Position numbers and translations under genes: made by a program | Shown here: positions 1 through 12,816 of the stretch, one piece after another | Numbering within the stretch: position 1 is the stretch's first letter | Layout of the letters: each line of letters begins with the position of its first letter | The notes under the pieces: generated by a model | The model's input: the letters and a program-made list of their open reading frames with translations, nothing else | Database searches by the model: none | What the model was told of the DNA's origin: nothing | Source: Chromera velia | Taxonomy: Eukaryota | DNA length: 51,889 nt | NCBI GenBank assembly: GCA_018398765.1 | Contig: JAHBMJ010000269.1 | Span: 1 to 51,889, forward strand | Direction of reading: 5' to 3'

Positions 1-3000
1 CTTTCACCCTCCTTACTATCGTCCTGTGCTCCCTGCACCCTCTTCCCTTCCTGTGCTCCCTGCACTTTCTTATCATCGTGTGCTTCCTGCACTCCCTCCG
101 TTTCTCTGCTGCCTTGCTGCTCTCCTTCACGTGCAAGAAAGCTAGCAAAGGCTGCGGCCCCCCCAGACTCCCCAAGCAAGTTGAGGCCAAACAACGAATC
201 GTCATCTGGAATGTCTGGCAGGACGACTTCTCCTTCTCCCTCTTTCTCTGCTGGCTGCGCTGCCTGAACAGGTTCGCGACCCTGCCCTGACTGCTTTTCC
301 TTTTCCTCTCCACCCCCCACCCCCTGCTGCTGACTTCGCAACTCCAGGTGGCCTGCCTGAAGTTGAGAGCCTGCTGCAAATGGAGGAGGGAAAGGGACAG
401 GTGCAGAAACAGAAGACACAGACTCTCCCACAACACGATCCAGCTGCCTGACGGCCGCTGACGGAACAGAGTCGGGAAAGATTGCCTGCGACTTGGAGGA
501 GGAGACAACAGCTTCAGGGTCCGCACCCCCTGCAGCATGAACATCGACTTCTCTGTCTTCATCGACATCGAAATCGGAAAAACGATCAACATCGTCAGCA
601 GGTGCAGCTGCTGACTCAGACACTCCATTTAAAAGGTCAGAAGACACATTCAAACCATACCATTCAATCAAAGACACAGCACTCGGATGCACACGCAAAG
701 GTCTCCATCCGTTCCCACTGTCTGTCTTCACAAGAACACACACGACAGAGTCGCTTTCGACTCCAACAAAGAACCCTTCCTTTCCCCTGACAGGCACAGC
801 AGAAGAGGGAATCGGACGAGGGTCAGTCACAAGAACAAGATCACCGATAGAGATAGGGGAAATGGGACGAGCAGCCTCAATACCAAACACAGACGCATTG
901 GGTGACTTACCCGTTGCAGACGAAACACATTCATTCAAAGAATCAATCACACCACTCAACAACCACTTCGCAGAATATTTCGGCAAATTCAAATCCGCAA
1001 GTAACTTTCAGAGCAATTTTTTCACTGTACGATTCATTCTCTCTACTTGCGCTTGAGACTGGGGAGTGTAGATGCTTCCTTTTTTATGAAAGATAGACTC
1101 CTGATCACACACATGCTCGTACTGTCCCTTCTTTTCACCCACAAATTCTCTTCCGTTGTCAGTGCAAACCGTTGTAGGCTTTCCTTTGACTTTCAGCTTC
1201 TCACCCAGTCTCTCCCATCTTCTTACCCATGCAGTCAGATGTCTTACTGCCTTCCTTTTCGAAGGCAGAACCATGCCAGAAACAAAACGAGTTGCAGTAT
1301 CGACAATCAAAGACACAGGGGTACCACCAGGTAAAAATATGACATCCTGATAAATGACTTCATTGAATTCCTTTGCTTGCACGCGTTCCTGGCTCTTCTG
1401 AGGAATACGATGCATCACAGCATTCACATGCTTGCACTGTCTGCACACATGCCTCACTTGATTATACGCCTCTCTGCTCACACGCGACATAATGCCTTTC
1501 TCTTTCATTGTTTCATATAGTCGCACACCAGTCGTATGCCCAAATCTCTTATGCCACATCAAAACCTCCCTCGCACTCATCTGACCTTCAGAAGGGAAGC
1601 TCACCCTCCGCGATCGATGCGCACCTAACCGAATTAGCGGTCGCTCCTGCGGGGCCCCCTTCTGACCTCCGTGCTGCAAAAACGCCCACTCACGTGCAAG
1701 AGGTCTATCCTTTCTATCTACGTTCAAACACACACGAAGAGGGCCATGTTTCACTGCCGGACTCTTTGACTGCACCCCCCCATGCACACTCAAAACCAGA
1801 ACGCCTTCCTCCTCTTTCACACGCGCACGAAAACTGCTACCCCCTTTTTCAGAGAGCTCCACCCAGAATGGCTCACGCACTTTCTGTAAGTGGAGACTAT
1901 ACACACTCACAAGAGAGACTGGCACAGACCGAGAGAAAGCTCCATCCAAACGTGCCGTCCTCCTACGTCCATCCACACACTCGACTCCAGGGAGATCCAC
2001 AGTCACGTCGCTCTCTGCTCTTGCGACGTCTCCTTCAACCCCCACAAACTCACTGTCCGTCTCCCTCACCTCAACCACACAGGACTTGACGTCTCTGCCA
2101 AAGAAATGCCGGCTGCATCCAGAATCAACCACCGGCTTCTTCACCACCCATTTCATTCCACCCCCTCTCGCTCCACCTGCACGCCCCATAGCGTGTGGTC
2201 GCAGTTTTGTCACATCCTGCCCAGGACGGCTCTCCCCCTCTTCTTCAGCAAGCAACGCAAAGCGATTGGAAACCCGCACGCCGGGGAAATGCGCTCCACT
2301 CTGCACTCCCAAGTGTGGTCATCTCCCTCCCTGTCCCCCAGAGGAGGACGAGGAAGACTGCTGCTGCTGGCTTCTGTTGGGATCTTGGTTGGGGGGAGGG
2401 GGAACCCAAGGGCGAGGCTCGATTCTGGGCTGCCCCGCATGCTTGCGCGCACAGTTCTTCTCAAAGTGGCTCGTGTTTTGGCACCACCAGCACCTCTTCG
2501 GTCCCCACGGCTGCTGCTGCTGTTGAGGGGGAGACTGCTGGGAGGAGCACTGACCGTTCTATCTGTTCCCCTGATTTCTGAATCCACCAGATCCCCGACC
2601 CCGTCTCTGCTGGCCTCTGAAGGCTCTCTCTCTGCCCCCACTCTGCCTCTGTCTCGCCTTGATCTCTGCATCCCGATCAAAGGACGCGAACCACTCGAGC
2701 TCCTTCTTCAGAGTGGCATAGTCAATCTGTCTGAGATCCAGCTGCCCCCCCAATCCAGGAAGCTTCGATCTGAGGGAGTTGACGAGCTTCATACGCTGGT
2801 TGTCCGTGAGGGCGTTGACGATCATGATGACTTTGGCGGGATCTGCGATCTCCCACTCTGCATCGTCGGAATCGAGGAGGAGATCCTCGAGTCTCTGGTC
2901 GATCTTCGCGAACGATAGCACCACACCGCTCGGGATGACGACACGACTGTTCCAATCACGGTGGTCGAGGAGCCATGGGAAGACCTGCACACGCTCCTGC

Positions 3001-3752
3001 ACAGCTAGCTGCATCGCCAGCAGGATCGAGGAATACTCCTGCTTCATCTTCTCTACAATATCCTCAAGGTTCACCCGCTTCCGTCTCCATCTCCTCACAT
3101 CTCTCCTGAAGGCCCGAGCATCACTTCCTGCCTTGTTTAGAGCGACGATGATGTTGGATCTCCACTCCTCTGTCGACCGGAAGTGTTTCCTCTGCAGGTG
3201 CACATTGGAGAACTCCCCCCACTGCGACGCAAAGTCGACAATCTCCTTCTTTCCAGCGAATTTCGGGCAGGCGATCAGGTCCACTTTCTTCGACTGCTTC
3301 GACGATCTCTTTTTCCTGCATGCGGAACCTACTCTCTGAGCTGCAGAGTGGCGGGAAGACGCATCGGAAGATCCACTCACATCAGACGAGTTAGAGTGGG
3401 AGGGAGACGGGTCCTTGTCCGAGAAGAAAGCCACGGCATCGAAGGGCTTTCGGACTTTCTGAGCCTGAACGGCTCCAGGCGCAAACAGAGAAACAGGGGA
3501 AATTCTTTCTTTCTTCTCCACCACTGCGGCACTGGTTCGACTGGGTGGAATCCATCTGTCTAACGAGTCTTCTACTCTCTCCTCCCACTGGCCTGGAGGC
3601 ACAGCATCTCTTCGATCGAACTCTGCACTGAGTCTGGATACTTCAGCGCTGATCGGTTCAAGGGCATCATTGAGTAAGCCCCTGAAAAAGCTTTTCATGT
3701 CTTCAAAGTTCATCTTGACAACAAAGTGGCAACAAATCAGAGACTGACACAC
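1..3752 (-). pseudogene. Copia gag-pol polyprotein, inactivated
   Basis: In-frame stops TAG 2559-2561, TGA 2319-2321 and TGA 1008-1010, each one C-to-T change from CAG or CGA. Integrase-like sequence continues past 1008 (LLADLNLPKY...TGKSP...GFFVGVE). Confidence 0.85.
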
Positions 3753-3757
3753 TGATC

Positions 3758-3989
3758 TATAAGGAATTCACGTGTCAGTACAGAGGTCGGGGAGGAGAGG
3801 ATGAGCGAATGCGCTTCTCCTTGAATAAGTCAATGTGGATCGATCAGTTTCTCCTACACGGTGCATGCACAGTTTGTGGTGATGCAGATTTGCATGCATA
3901 GCTTGTAGCGCGCTGAGCCCAGGCCGAAGTCCCTGGGACCGCGGCCGTGAAAGGCCGGCATTAATCGACCCCGGACGCAATCTCCAACA
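3758..3989 (-). repeat. Candidate 5' LTR of the copia element
   Basis: On the minus strand it starts TGTTGGAG (typical copia terminus) and ends ..TTCCTTATA just upstream of gag. The partner LTR is not in the window and I recognise no PBS. Confidence 0.4.
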
Positions 3990-4652
3990 AAAACTATAAA
4001 AAGACAGCTTCAGTACATGCTCCTGCATGGGTAAACTATAAGGGCAAACCTTGATTGCTAGCGTGATTGTGTTTGTTTTTTTATAGTACTAGAAACATTT
4101 TTGGACCTTTTTCAGGCTCTTTCATACTATAGAGGATATTTGAAGTGAAGAGCTGTCAATTCGTTTGTGTCTGCGATGTGAATTATCAAGTGTGTCCACG
4201 CCAGCGTCTACCACCATCAATTAAGTGTCTTGTAGTATCGGCGAGACACATTTTTGTATAATTTAGAGGGGTTTAAGGTACATGTTAGAGTACGTGCCTA
4301 GAGAGATTTTAGCTGCTGCTGCTGCTGCTGATGATGATGATGAGGTTAACTATAAACTCAGCAGCGATTGTGTTCTAATGGTAGATCGCAGTCTGTACAC
4401 ATATGCATTAAAGTTCACTAAGAGGGGCTACACTGAGTCGACCAAAAACTAGCAACCCGGGGGTGCTAAGGGTTACTTTGAGAAAATTTAAACTAACGAC
4501 ATTCGTTTCTCTTCAGGAGGAGCAAGAGATACCACCCACTTACAAGTTGCTACTCAGCCTTTTCCCGCCTGGGAGGCCAAACAAAATCAAGGAACTTGCT
4601 TAGAAAAGGACTATCCTGAGCTTTATACCCCCTTCTCTATTCTTGAAGACTA

Positions 4653-5000
4653 TTGGCAACCGTGTGCAATGCTTTCAAAGATGCCTCAAGCAGGAAACGA
4701 CTTCTAAAGGGGGTCACGGGGGCGTTCCAATGCTCTCTCTGCACACGAACCTTTGCAAGTGAGTGGGGATGCCGGGTGCATCAATGGAAAGCACACAAAG
4801 ACAACCCAATCCCCCAGTCTACCCAGATATATGCATATATTCTGAAGAAGAAGAAAGGAAGAGAAGTGAGGGGTAGTATGGTGTTAGGACTAGTATTAGG
4901 ATGTGAAGTAGAAAAGATTTTGGACCGAGATGTTTGTGGAAGAGGGTACTGCTATCAGGTGAAGTGAGTTAGATGAAAGACCAGCAGCTTTGATGGAGGA
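4653..5000 (+). pseudogene. C2H2 zinc finger + chromodomain relic, probably transposon-derived
   Basis: FQCSLCTRTFASEWGCRVHQWKAH (C2H2) followed by CEVEKILDRDVCGRGYCYQVK*VR* (chromodomain with TGA where Trp is expected). Confidence 0.6.
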
Positions 5001-6260
5001 ACATGTCTCTCCAGAGATTGGAGCTTTTGGTTTGAAGTATTGATTAAGGCAATATAGCAGGGCATCCTAGAAAATAACAATTTTTCCCTGCCAAATGCTA
5101 GAAGTATCCAGCAAGCTTTAGATATGGATGACGATGGCATGCGCGTCATAGGGGGGGGGGCATGGTGGGCTACGTCTTAAGCCCAACCGACTCCGCCGAA
5201 TATATACCGGATACCGCCCTCAATCCCCAGGCGGTTGAGGGGGGAGCTAGATGTCCAGGAGCCTGGAGCCCCAAAAGAGCCGTTAGGTACCCGAAAGGAA
5301 GACACTACAACGCAGAAGAAAGAAAAGAGAGGTCCAACAGCAAACATTAATGCAGCTATAGTCTAGGCTATAGTAATCGTTTTATGGCACTTCGGTCAAA
5401 ACTGTTATCCGCAGATTTGGATAGCCCCAATGAGAGGTAGCAGTTTTAAAAGTTTCTAGAAGCCTAGCTAAAAGCGTTTATCTTGGGCCCCAGAGCCGCC
5501 CAGGGCCAGATCAATATGCAGTATATAATGCCAAAAATTGATCATTGATCAATAGAGAAAGTCCTTCTAAAAGTGTTTCAATAACCAGCCTTTTACCTGA
5601 CCTTTTGTTACTAAACAGTTACTTTTATGGTTTGAAAAACATTTTAAGTATAACCTTTAGATATCCAATTCATTTATAATTCATCTACTTTTTTCTGTAG
5701 ACTTTTTCCTAAATACAATACGTACTTGATACAATAGGGTACGGCCTATCAAACTGCTGGCACTGTACTAGCATGCAGTCACTATGCATGGTGCGCCAGG
5801 TGCGGCTAGCTACCAGCAGTATATTGAATACAAATTATAGTGTCATCAGCGAATTATTATTTAATATCTGGATCATTCTCTAGATCATTCTAGAGATCGA
5901 TCATTAAAGAGGACTATACTAATTCCTAGGCCAATTCAGGAGCACATGCACACTTACACAAAACGCTTACGATTTCCACAGCATTCCGGACAACTGCAGC
6001 ACTCTCCTCCGAGTCGATCACCCGAGGCTTCTTCAAAGAGAAGCAGTCCGTACGTCATGCATGCATGCATGCATGCTCCAACAAAAGACTTCAACCATAC
6101 ACCGTGACAGCTTCGCCGAAGAGTCCCCCCTCCTTGCACATATAATTACAATACAGGCCCAGAAGAACACCCAACCATGGCGTTACGTTTCCGTGCCAGA
6201 ACTGGACACCGAACAGCTCCCGAGACGGGGAATTTCAGCCTGCTCGGCCGACGCACGCTG

Positions 6261-6965
6261 CTATGACTCATCCTCGACGCTCGGTTGTTCTGTCGTCTGT
6301 CTCGGAACAACCAGAGGCTCCTCTGCCGTCTCCTCGGGTGGTGCCGTTTCTGGGGGCACAACAAGGCGACTCCGTATGCTCCACATGTACAGCTGTTGCA
6401 GCGGGTTCTTGAAACAGTCCGGGCACGCAGTTCGCACCGCCTTAAGAGCGTCAGTACTGGACGCCCCTGTCAACACAATGTAGATGCACGCACAGGTCAT
6501 GGCAGACCGGCCCTTCCCGCCGTTACAATGCACCAAGACTGTCTTGCCTTCCTTCACTTGGGCGGCGACTGTGTGGCACAATTGGCTGAAAGACTCGGAT
6601 GAAGGCGGTAGCCATTTATCCCGAATTCCGTACGCTATGTGCTGCATATCGCGCGACTTCACCTGAACTGCCAGATTCCCCAACACGTCCTTCTCGATTT
6701 CCTGTTCTTGCATCAAAGTCACCACTGTATTTACATTGTACTGCTCCTTCAACACAGTCACGTCAGCAGCCAAGCTCCGTCTCCACGTGTGTTGCATTTT
6801 CAGTTTGTTCCTCCCTGGACACATTGAGAAACCCAATTGCCCTTCAACAGAGGGAATCTCAAGAAAAGCCGGGTGGAGCGGATCTGTGGCCGAACTACGC
6901 TCCTTCGGTGGAGGTCCCTGTACCATGGTCGGGTTCGTGCAGCAGCCGAAGAGGCAGTTCTCCAT
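6261..6965 (-). CDS. Dual-specificity/tyrosine phosphatase, CDKN3(KAP)-like, single exon, 234 aa
   Basis: Catalytic loop VHCNGGKGRS (HCxxGxGR), general-acid loop IRDKWLP, and the SMCPGR..WRRSLAADV..L..VVTLM segment typical of CDKN3-like phosphatases. Confidence 0.85.
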   Translation of the reverse strand: MENCLFGCCTNPTMVQGPPPKERSSATDPLHPAFLEIPSVEGQLGFSMCPGRNKLKMQHTWRRSLAADVTVLKEQYNVNTVVTLMQEQEIEKDVLGNLAVQVKSRDMQHIAYGIRDKWLPPSSESFSQLCHTVAAQVKEGKTVLVHCNGGKGRSAMTCACIYIVLTGASSTDALKAVRTACPDCFKNPLQQLYMWSIRSRLVVPPETAPPEETAEEPLVVPRQTTEQPSVEDES

Positions 6966-7630
6966 CTCCCTCGATCAGGTAGGAGCAAGAACGACTCGAC
7001 TGAAACTCAGAGAATGGATGACAGGGATTAGATCATTTTCTCGAATGGATTCTTTGGTCTCAACAATGTACATACAACCGTACTCGAGTGCTCATTGGCG
7101 CCTGTGTGAAGAAGTCTCAAATTCCTGCAGCAAAAGTTGCACTCGATCAATTATATGAGTCGATCTCTGCATATGATTTCGAAATATATAAAGGTCAGAC
7201 GAATGTCTATTCAGACACGTCTCGGCGATTTAATATTCGGCTATCCACGGACCCGAGGCCGCGTTCGGCCGGGCCGGGCTGAAGAGCGCGCGGCAGCGAC
7301 CCCGGCCCAAAATACACCACAATAATTGGCCTTGCCGTCTCTGAATTTTCAACGGCCATGCTTCTTATTACTTCTTTGAGAGCTGTGGCCGAGATTGGCC
7401 GAGATCAAGCATTTTCTTGTGGAGAGGAACGCCTATGGTTATCGCGTTGTAACTCGACAGGCTCTGTTTGTGTTGTTGTCGATCTTCGGGGTTGTGTCAC
7501 ACGACGTCTCCTTCCGACCGGCCTTGGGCAGCTAGTGAGAGACTCTCTTTCTCTCTTTCTCTGTTCCACCACGAGACAGTGCGTGCAGCCCCGAACGTGA
7601 TTGCAGTGCTCCCACTGAGCTGTAGCAGCA
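6966..7630. promoter_or_regulatory. Probable bidirectional promoter between the phosphatase and SMU1
   Basis: 665 bp separate the two divergent ATGs; there is a CpG-rich core at ~7245-7310. Confidence 0.5.
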
Positions 7631-9665
7631 ATGAGCTCGCGGGTTGAAATCGACTCGTCTGAGTGAGTCTCTCTAATTAGATCAGCGTTCCGTCAGGCGT
7701 TCTCTTTGCGTGAGAGTTTTGCTTCTTTCCCTCCATCCATCCATCCATCCATCCATCCATCCATCTGTTTGATTAACAAACCAAGACAAACGCTATTCCT
7801 GCGTGTGTGCTTCTGTGTCTATCTGCTCTCTGTCTGTCTGTCTGTCCCGCTCGGTGCAGCGTGATTAAACTCGTTCTGCAATTCTGCAAGGAGAACGGAC
7901 TGCAGAGGACGGTACAAATTCTGCAGGTAGGGTCAGACAGACAGGCCGACAGAGAGGCTGGGAGTATGCGTTTGGAAGGAAAGGCAGGAAGATGCAAGAT
8001 GCTATTTCCCTATCGGCATGGCAGACCGAAGCGGGATGGATGCTCTGTGTGCCCGCCCGCATTATGTTTGTCTTATACCTGGAACCATAATAATCCCTAA
8101 TTTCAGTTGGTCTGCCCACGTCACATCCCAAGAGGATCCTTTGCAGAGAGCGTCGAGCGGACACTGCCACGAGCCGCGCACCCTCAGTGAATCGAAATTC
8201 GTCGCAATGTAGGCTTCTCTTCTACACTGTCTGCTTCTCCTTCTTCTCCTCGTTCTTCTTCTTCTTGGTACATGCAGGAGGAATCGAACGTTTCCCTGAA
8301 TACAGTCGACTCAATTGAGCAGTTCCTCTCAGACGTGAACCATGGGAGATGGGACATCGTGCTCCAGTTAGCCTCCACGATGTCCCTCAGACAGTCCACG
8401 ATCTTCGACCTCTATGAGGAGGTACGCGAGTGCTTGAGCGGTTTCAACTCAATTCTTGCAAGCAATGCAGTGGGTCGAAGGAAAGAAGAAAGAAAGGTCG
8501 CCTCGCCTGCTCTCTCTGCACCACTGGAATCCTTTGTGATCTCTCTCCCTCTCTCTCTTCCTTCCTTCCTTCCTTCCTTCCTTCCTCTCTCTGCGTGAAC
8601 GCGTGTCCGTATGTCTGTGTACGTTCTGTGACTGTGCGTTTCTTTGTTTCAAGTGCGCACTCTATCACTCTCACCAGGCACAAGGTTCTCTGTATGCGTA
8701 GGATTTCCCCCCCATCCACTCCCTTGCCACCCCCTGTGCAGGTGGTCCTAGAGCTCCTCGAATTGCGGGAGTCCGAAGTGGCCGCCCAGATGCTTCGTGA
8801 GACAGCGCCTCTGCAGAAGATGAGGGAACAGCAGAACGACCGATTCAAGAGACTAGAAAGACTTGCGGCAAAGACTTCAATCCCAGACCCCCGGGAGGTG
8901 CGCTCGCTCGTTGGGGGGGGGGATGTTTTGGCCGACTCTCTCTCTTATCTCTCTGCGTCTGTTTGTCTGAGGGAAGGAAAGAAGCGTACAGTCTGTGTGT
9001 GTGCTTTGTCTGGTGGAAGTGATGAGCTGATTGTGACTTCCAGTGATTACGCAAAACTGACTCATCGGGGGAACAGACGCAATGGGCACTGAAGTTTGCC
9101 TCCCTCCTTCGTGCCCCCTTTGGTTGGCTTTGTCAGGTTGCCTGTTGTGTCTTTGATGGTCTGTGTGAATTGTCCTTTCTTTTCTTGTTTTGTTGCGTGT
9201 AAGGAAAAAGGGAAGGAAAGAAAGACGGAAAGGAGTGAGGAAAGAAGTCGTGATGCCTATCTGTGTGTCTGTCTGTCCATGTGTGAGCGTGTCCGATGGA
9301 TGGCCTTGTCCAGCTGTCTGACCTTCTGTGAAACGGGAACTCCCTCGCCTCTGCAGAGAGAATGTTAAGAAGAGGCTTTCTTTTCTCTTTGTTTCCCCCT
9401 CTCTTCTGAACTCTCCGCTTCTCTCACCTTCTTTTGCGTTCTCTTCTCTTCTCTTCCCTGCAGCTCTATGAGGGAATGCCTTTACTTTCATACAGAATTC
9501 TTTATGTAAATTAAATGCAAGCAATTCGCTTCTCTTCTCTGCAGCTCTATGAGGGAATGCCAAAGGACAAACGACGAGGCGCCATCGCACAAGGTGCGTG
9601 GGGGGGTGGCTGTGGGAGTCTGCTATTGTATTTCTCTCTCTTCTGTCTCTCTCTCTCTCTTTTCT

Positions 9666-9702
<37 letters not shown>

Positions 9703-10554
9703 CTTTGCGTGTGTGGCTGTGTGTGATTGAAGTGGGGTGAAGGGGTGCGGTTGCATGGGTGCTCCGGTTGCGCGATGAACTCTGGTGGAGGCCCGACGAG
9801 ATGCCATAGAATCCTGAAGGAAGCGGTAGAAATTCGCAGTATGATCAAGTGACCAAATTCTTTCAACTCTTTTTGTTTGTTTGTTTGTTTTCAAATATCC
9901 GGCCCTGGGGGCTGCATGGCGGTTGCATGCATGCAGCCCTTGTAGAGGAAGTTGACGAGGCACCCCCCTCTAGACTTCTGTCTCTGATTGGACAGGCGGT
10001 CAAGTGGCAGACTGGTACAGGTCGGTAAGTGGGTGGGTAGGTTTTTCTCTCTCGTTCTTTTGTGTTCAAGAGCTTCTGGAAATAAAGGGTTGCTTTTTCT
10101 CTTTCTCGCTGAGGGCTCCGCATTTGGTTTGCGTTCCTCTCTTTCAGCGGCGTTCACAAGGAGGAAAGGAAGGGAAGGGAAGGGAAGGGAAGGGGCGCCC
10201 CGTGCGTTCTCAGAGGACGTCTGTCTCTTCCTTGATGCTTGACGGTGTCTGTCTGTCTTTCTGCGTCCATCTTTCTCTTTTCCTTTCTTTCCCTCCCCCG
10301 GACCGCCTCTCCTCTCCTCTCTGTGTTAGAGAGAGAGAGATGCAGAGAGACAGGCAGGGAAGGAGGGAGGGAGGACAGACCTATGATTAATAATACTTTG
10401 GTTCGCTTCGTTTTGATTGATTGCATGAGACTGACTTGTTTCCATGGCTCAACTTAAACACGAGTTCTTGGGAGAATTCCTGCGCTCTATTTTAGTGCGC
10501 GGTTTTCCCGTCTTTCTTTCTTCACGAAGACAAACAAACAAGCCTCCCTCCTTT

Positions 10555-10593
<39 letters not shown>

Positions 10594-12423
10594 CTTCTCT
10601 CCGTCGAACGGGTCGCTTCGCGTTCTTTCTGTTGTTCCTCTGGTTTTTTTCTTTCTTCTTTCGCCCTTCTCTGATTGTGCCTCTCCTCTCTCCTCTCCTT
10701 TCTTCCTGTATGCATGCAGGCATGATGCCGAAAACGGCCAAGTACGACCTATTCAGAGGTCAGCCAGTCCACCCCCCAGCCATGCCCTCCCCTCTGCATG
10801 CCGCCCCCCCCTTCTGGGATCTCTGCCGTTTCGTTTCGAAATTAAGAAGAGAATACAGGAGGATGTCAGGAGGGAAGGGAAACTTCAGAGAGAAGAGCCT
10901 CAGAGAGAGGCAACGTGTGTCTTTTTTCTTTCTCTTACCTTCCCTCTTTCCTTCGGAGCCTCTGTGAAGTTTTCCGCATACATACACGAAGAGATTTGCT
11001 TCACCCTCTGTCTCAACCCCCGCTCCCTCCCTACAGGTGCCGCCCCGGACGAGGCCCAATTGGCGGAGGAGAATGTGACCACGATCACCACCAAAATCAC
11101 CATGCAGGGAAAACAGCACGCGGAGGCCGTGGTCTTCTCTCCGGACGGACAGTTCCTTGTCACCGGGTCGGTCGGTCAGTCAGTCAGGCAGGGCGGGGGG
11201 TATGTGTGACTCTGTTTGCTTGGGTGTTTGGAGGAATTCAGAGAAGAGAGAGAAATGAAGAAAAAACAAGAGTAGTCACGGCCAAGAGTCTTGATGCAAT
11301 GAAATGTACTCCATGAAATGAAAAAGTGGATGTGTTTGTGTGCGCGTTCTTGGTCTTCTCTTTTTCTTTCTTCTCTTTTTTGTTGTCGTCTGGTGACGCC
11401 TCGTCCTCTCGTCTGTGAGGCGTCTCTTTGTTGCATTGCGTTCTTTCTTCCTTTTCTTGTGGACCTTCATACAACTGTCCTTCCTCTCCTCTTCTCTCCT
11501 GTCTTGCCCCCGTCGCTCATCCCATCCCATCATCTCCCTCTCTCCGTTCATGCACATATGATATTCTTTCTATCTATCTATCTATCTATCTTATCTATCG
11601 GTGTGTTCCCGCCATCCACCCGTTTGAGCTGCGGTAAGGGTCTGTTTTTTCTTCACTGCGTGAAAGCCAAAAAAAGCTTTCTCTCTTGTCTCTTTGGACG
11701 GAGGTTTTGCACCCTCTTCCTGTTTTCTTTTTCTTTTCAGACCCTCGAGCACCCTCTTCCTGTTTTCTTTTTCTTTTCAGACCCTCGAGCAGTCTCAGTC
11801 AGGTAGGTCTAGTTTTCTAGATCCTACCTGCGTGTGTTGTGTTGTGTGATGTGATGATGATGCAACACTGTCCTGTGAATGCACTCCAGTCAAGCTTTAC
11901 TTTCTCTCCTTTCCGTCTCCTCCCTTCAGATCCTCCGACGGTTTCGTTGAGGTCTGGGATGCCGTCTCCGGCACCCTGCGCAAGGACCTCTCTTTCCAAC
12001 AAGAGGGAAAGTTCATGATGCACTCCAAAGCGGTGCTCGCTTTGGCCTTCTCTCGGGACTCGGAGCTTTTGGCGAGTGGAGATCAAGACGCGAACATCAA
12101 GGCAGGTCCAAATCAACAAACGGTCTTGGTCTTTCCACCCAGGGAGGGAGGGAGAGAAAAGGAGGGAGAGAGGGAGAGACATGCTGACGCAGCAAGCCGC
12201 AGCTGTTTACGTGACGTCATACAGCGCAACATGATTCTTTGAGAATCCGATCGGAAGAGGACGGCTTGATTTCTGGTATTCACTCATCGAGGCTTACAGA
12301 AAGTGCTTTGATGGCTAAGGAGGGGGAGTCAACCAGAACAATAAACCCACGCGCATAGAGTTCAGCTAGAACGCTTCCTCTCACATCACCACATTTTCCC
12401 CTTCTCACCATGCATGCACACTT

Positions 12424-12463
<40 letters not shown>

Positions 12464-12771
12464 GCAGATCTGGAGAGTCAGCACCGGGGAGTGCGTGCGT
12501 CGGTTCACGAACGTTCACGACCAGGCGATCACAACGGTGTGCTTCTCTCGAGAGACGACCAACGTGCTGTCGGGTTCTTTCGACCAGACGCTGCGAGTTC
12601 ACGGGCTGAGGAGTGGAAAGACTATGAAGGAGTTCAGAGGCCACGCTTCGATCGTCCAGTGTGCGGTGTACTCAGGTAGGTCCGTCCGTCGGCGAGCAGC
12701 TTCTCTCTCTCTCTCTCTCTGAGAGAGAGAGAGAGAGTGTGTGTGTGTTTGCGTGCGTGTGTGTGTGTGTT

Positions 12772-12816
<45 letters not shown>

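Larger units (their letters stand above)
1..3989 (-). mobile_element. Decayed Ty1/copia LTR retrotransposon (5' part; RT/RNase H expected beyond the left edge)
   Basis: One reading frame broken by stops: gag (2559-3752), zinc knuckle CWWCQNTSHFEKNC (~2450-2492), protease VVDSGCSRHF, GAG-pre-integrase WHKRFGH..CRQC, integrase D/DNGREF/E (TPQSQAQVERMNRT). The order PR-IN-(RT) is the copia order. Confidence 0.9.

Noticed and set aside
2319..2561. Programmed stop-codon readthrough between copia gag and pol
   Set aside because: The first stop precedes the zinc knuckle, more stops occur inside integrase, and all fit C-to-T decay.
1890..2918. 342-aa plus-strand ORF
   Set aside because: Antisense shadow of copia gag-pol with no motifs.
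8877..9866. 329-aa minus-strand ORF and similar ORFs over SMU1 introns
   Set aside because: They are translations of microsatellites (ERER, HTHT) antisense to a well-supported gene.
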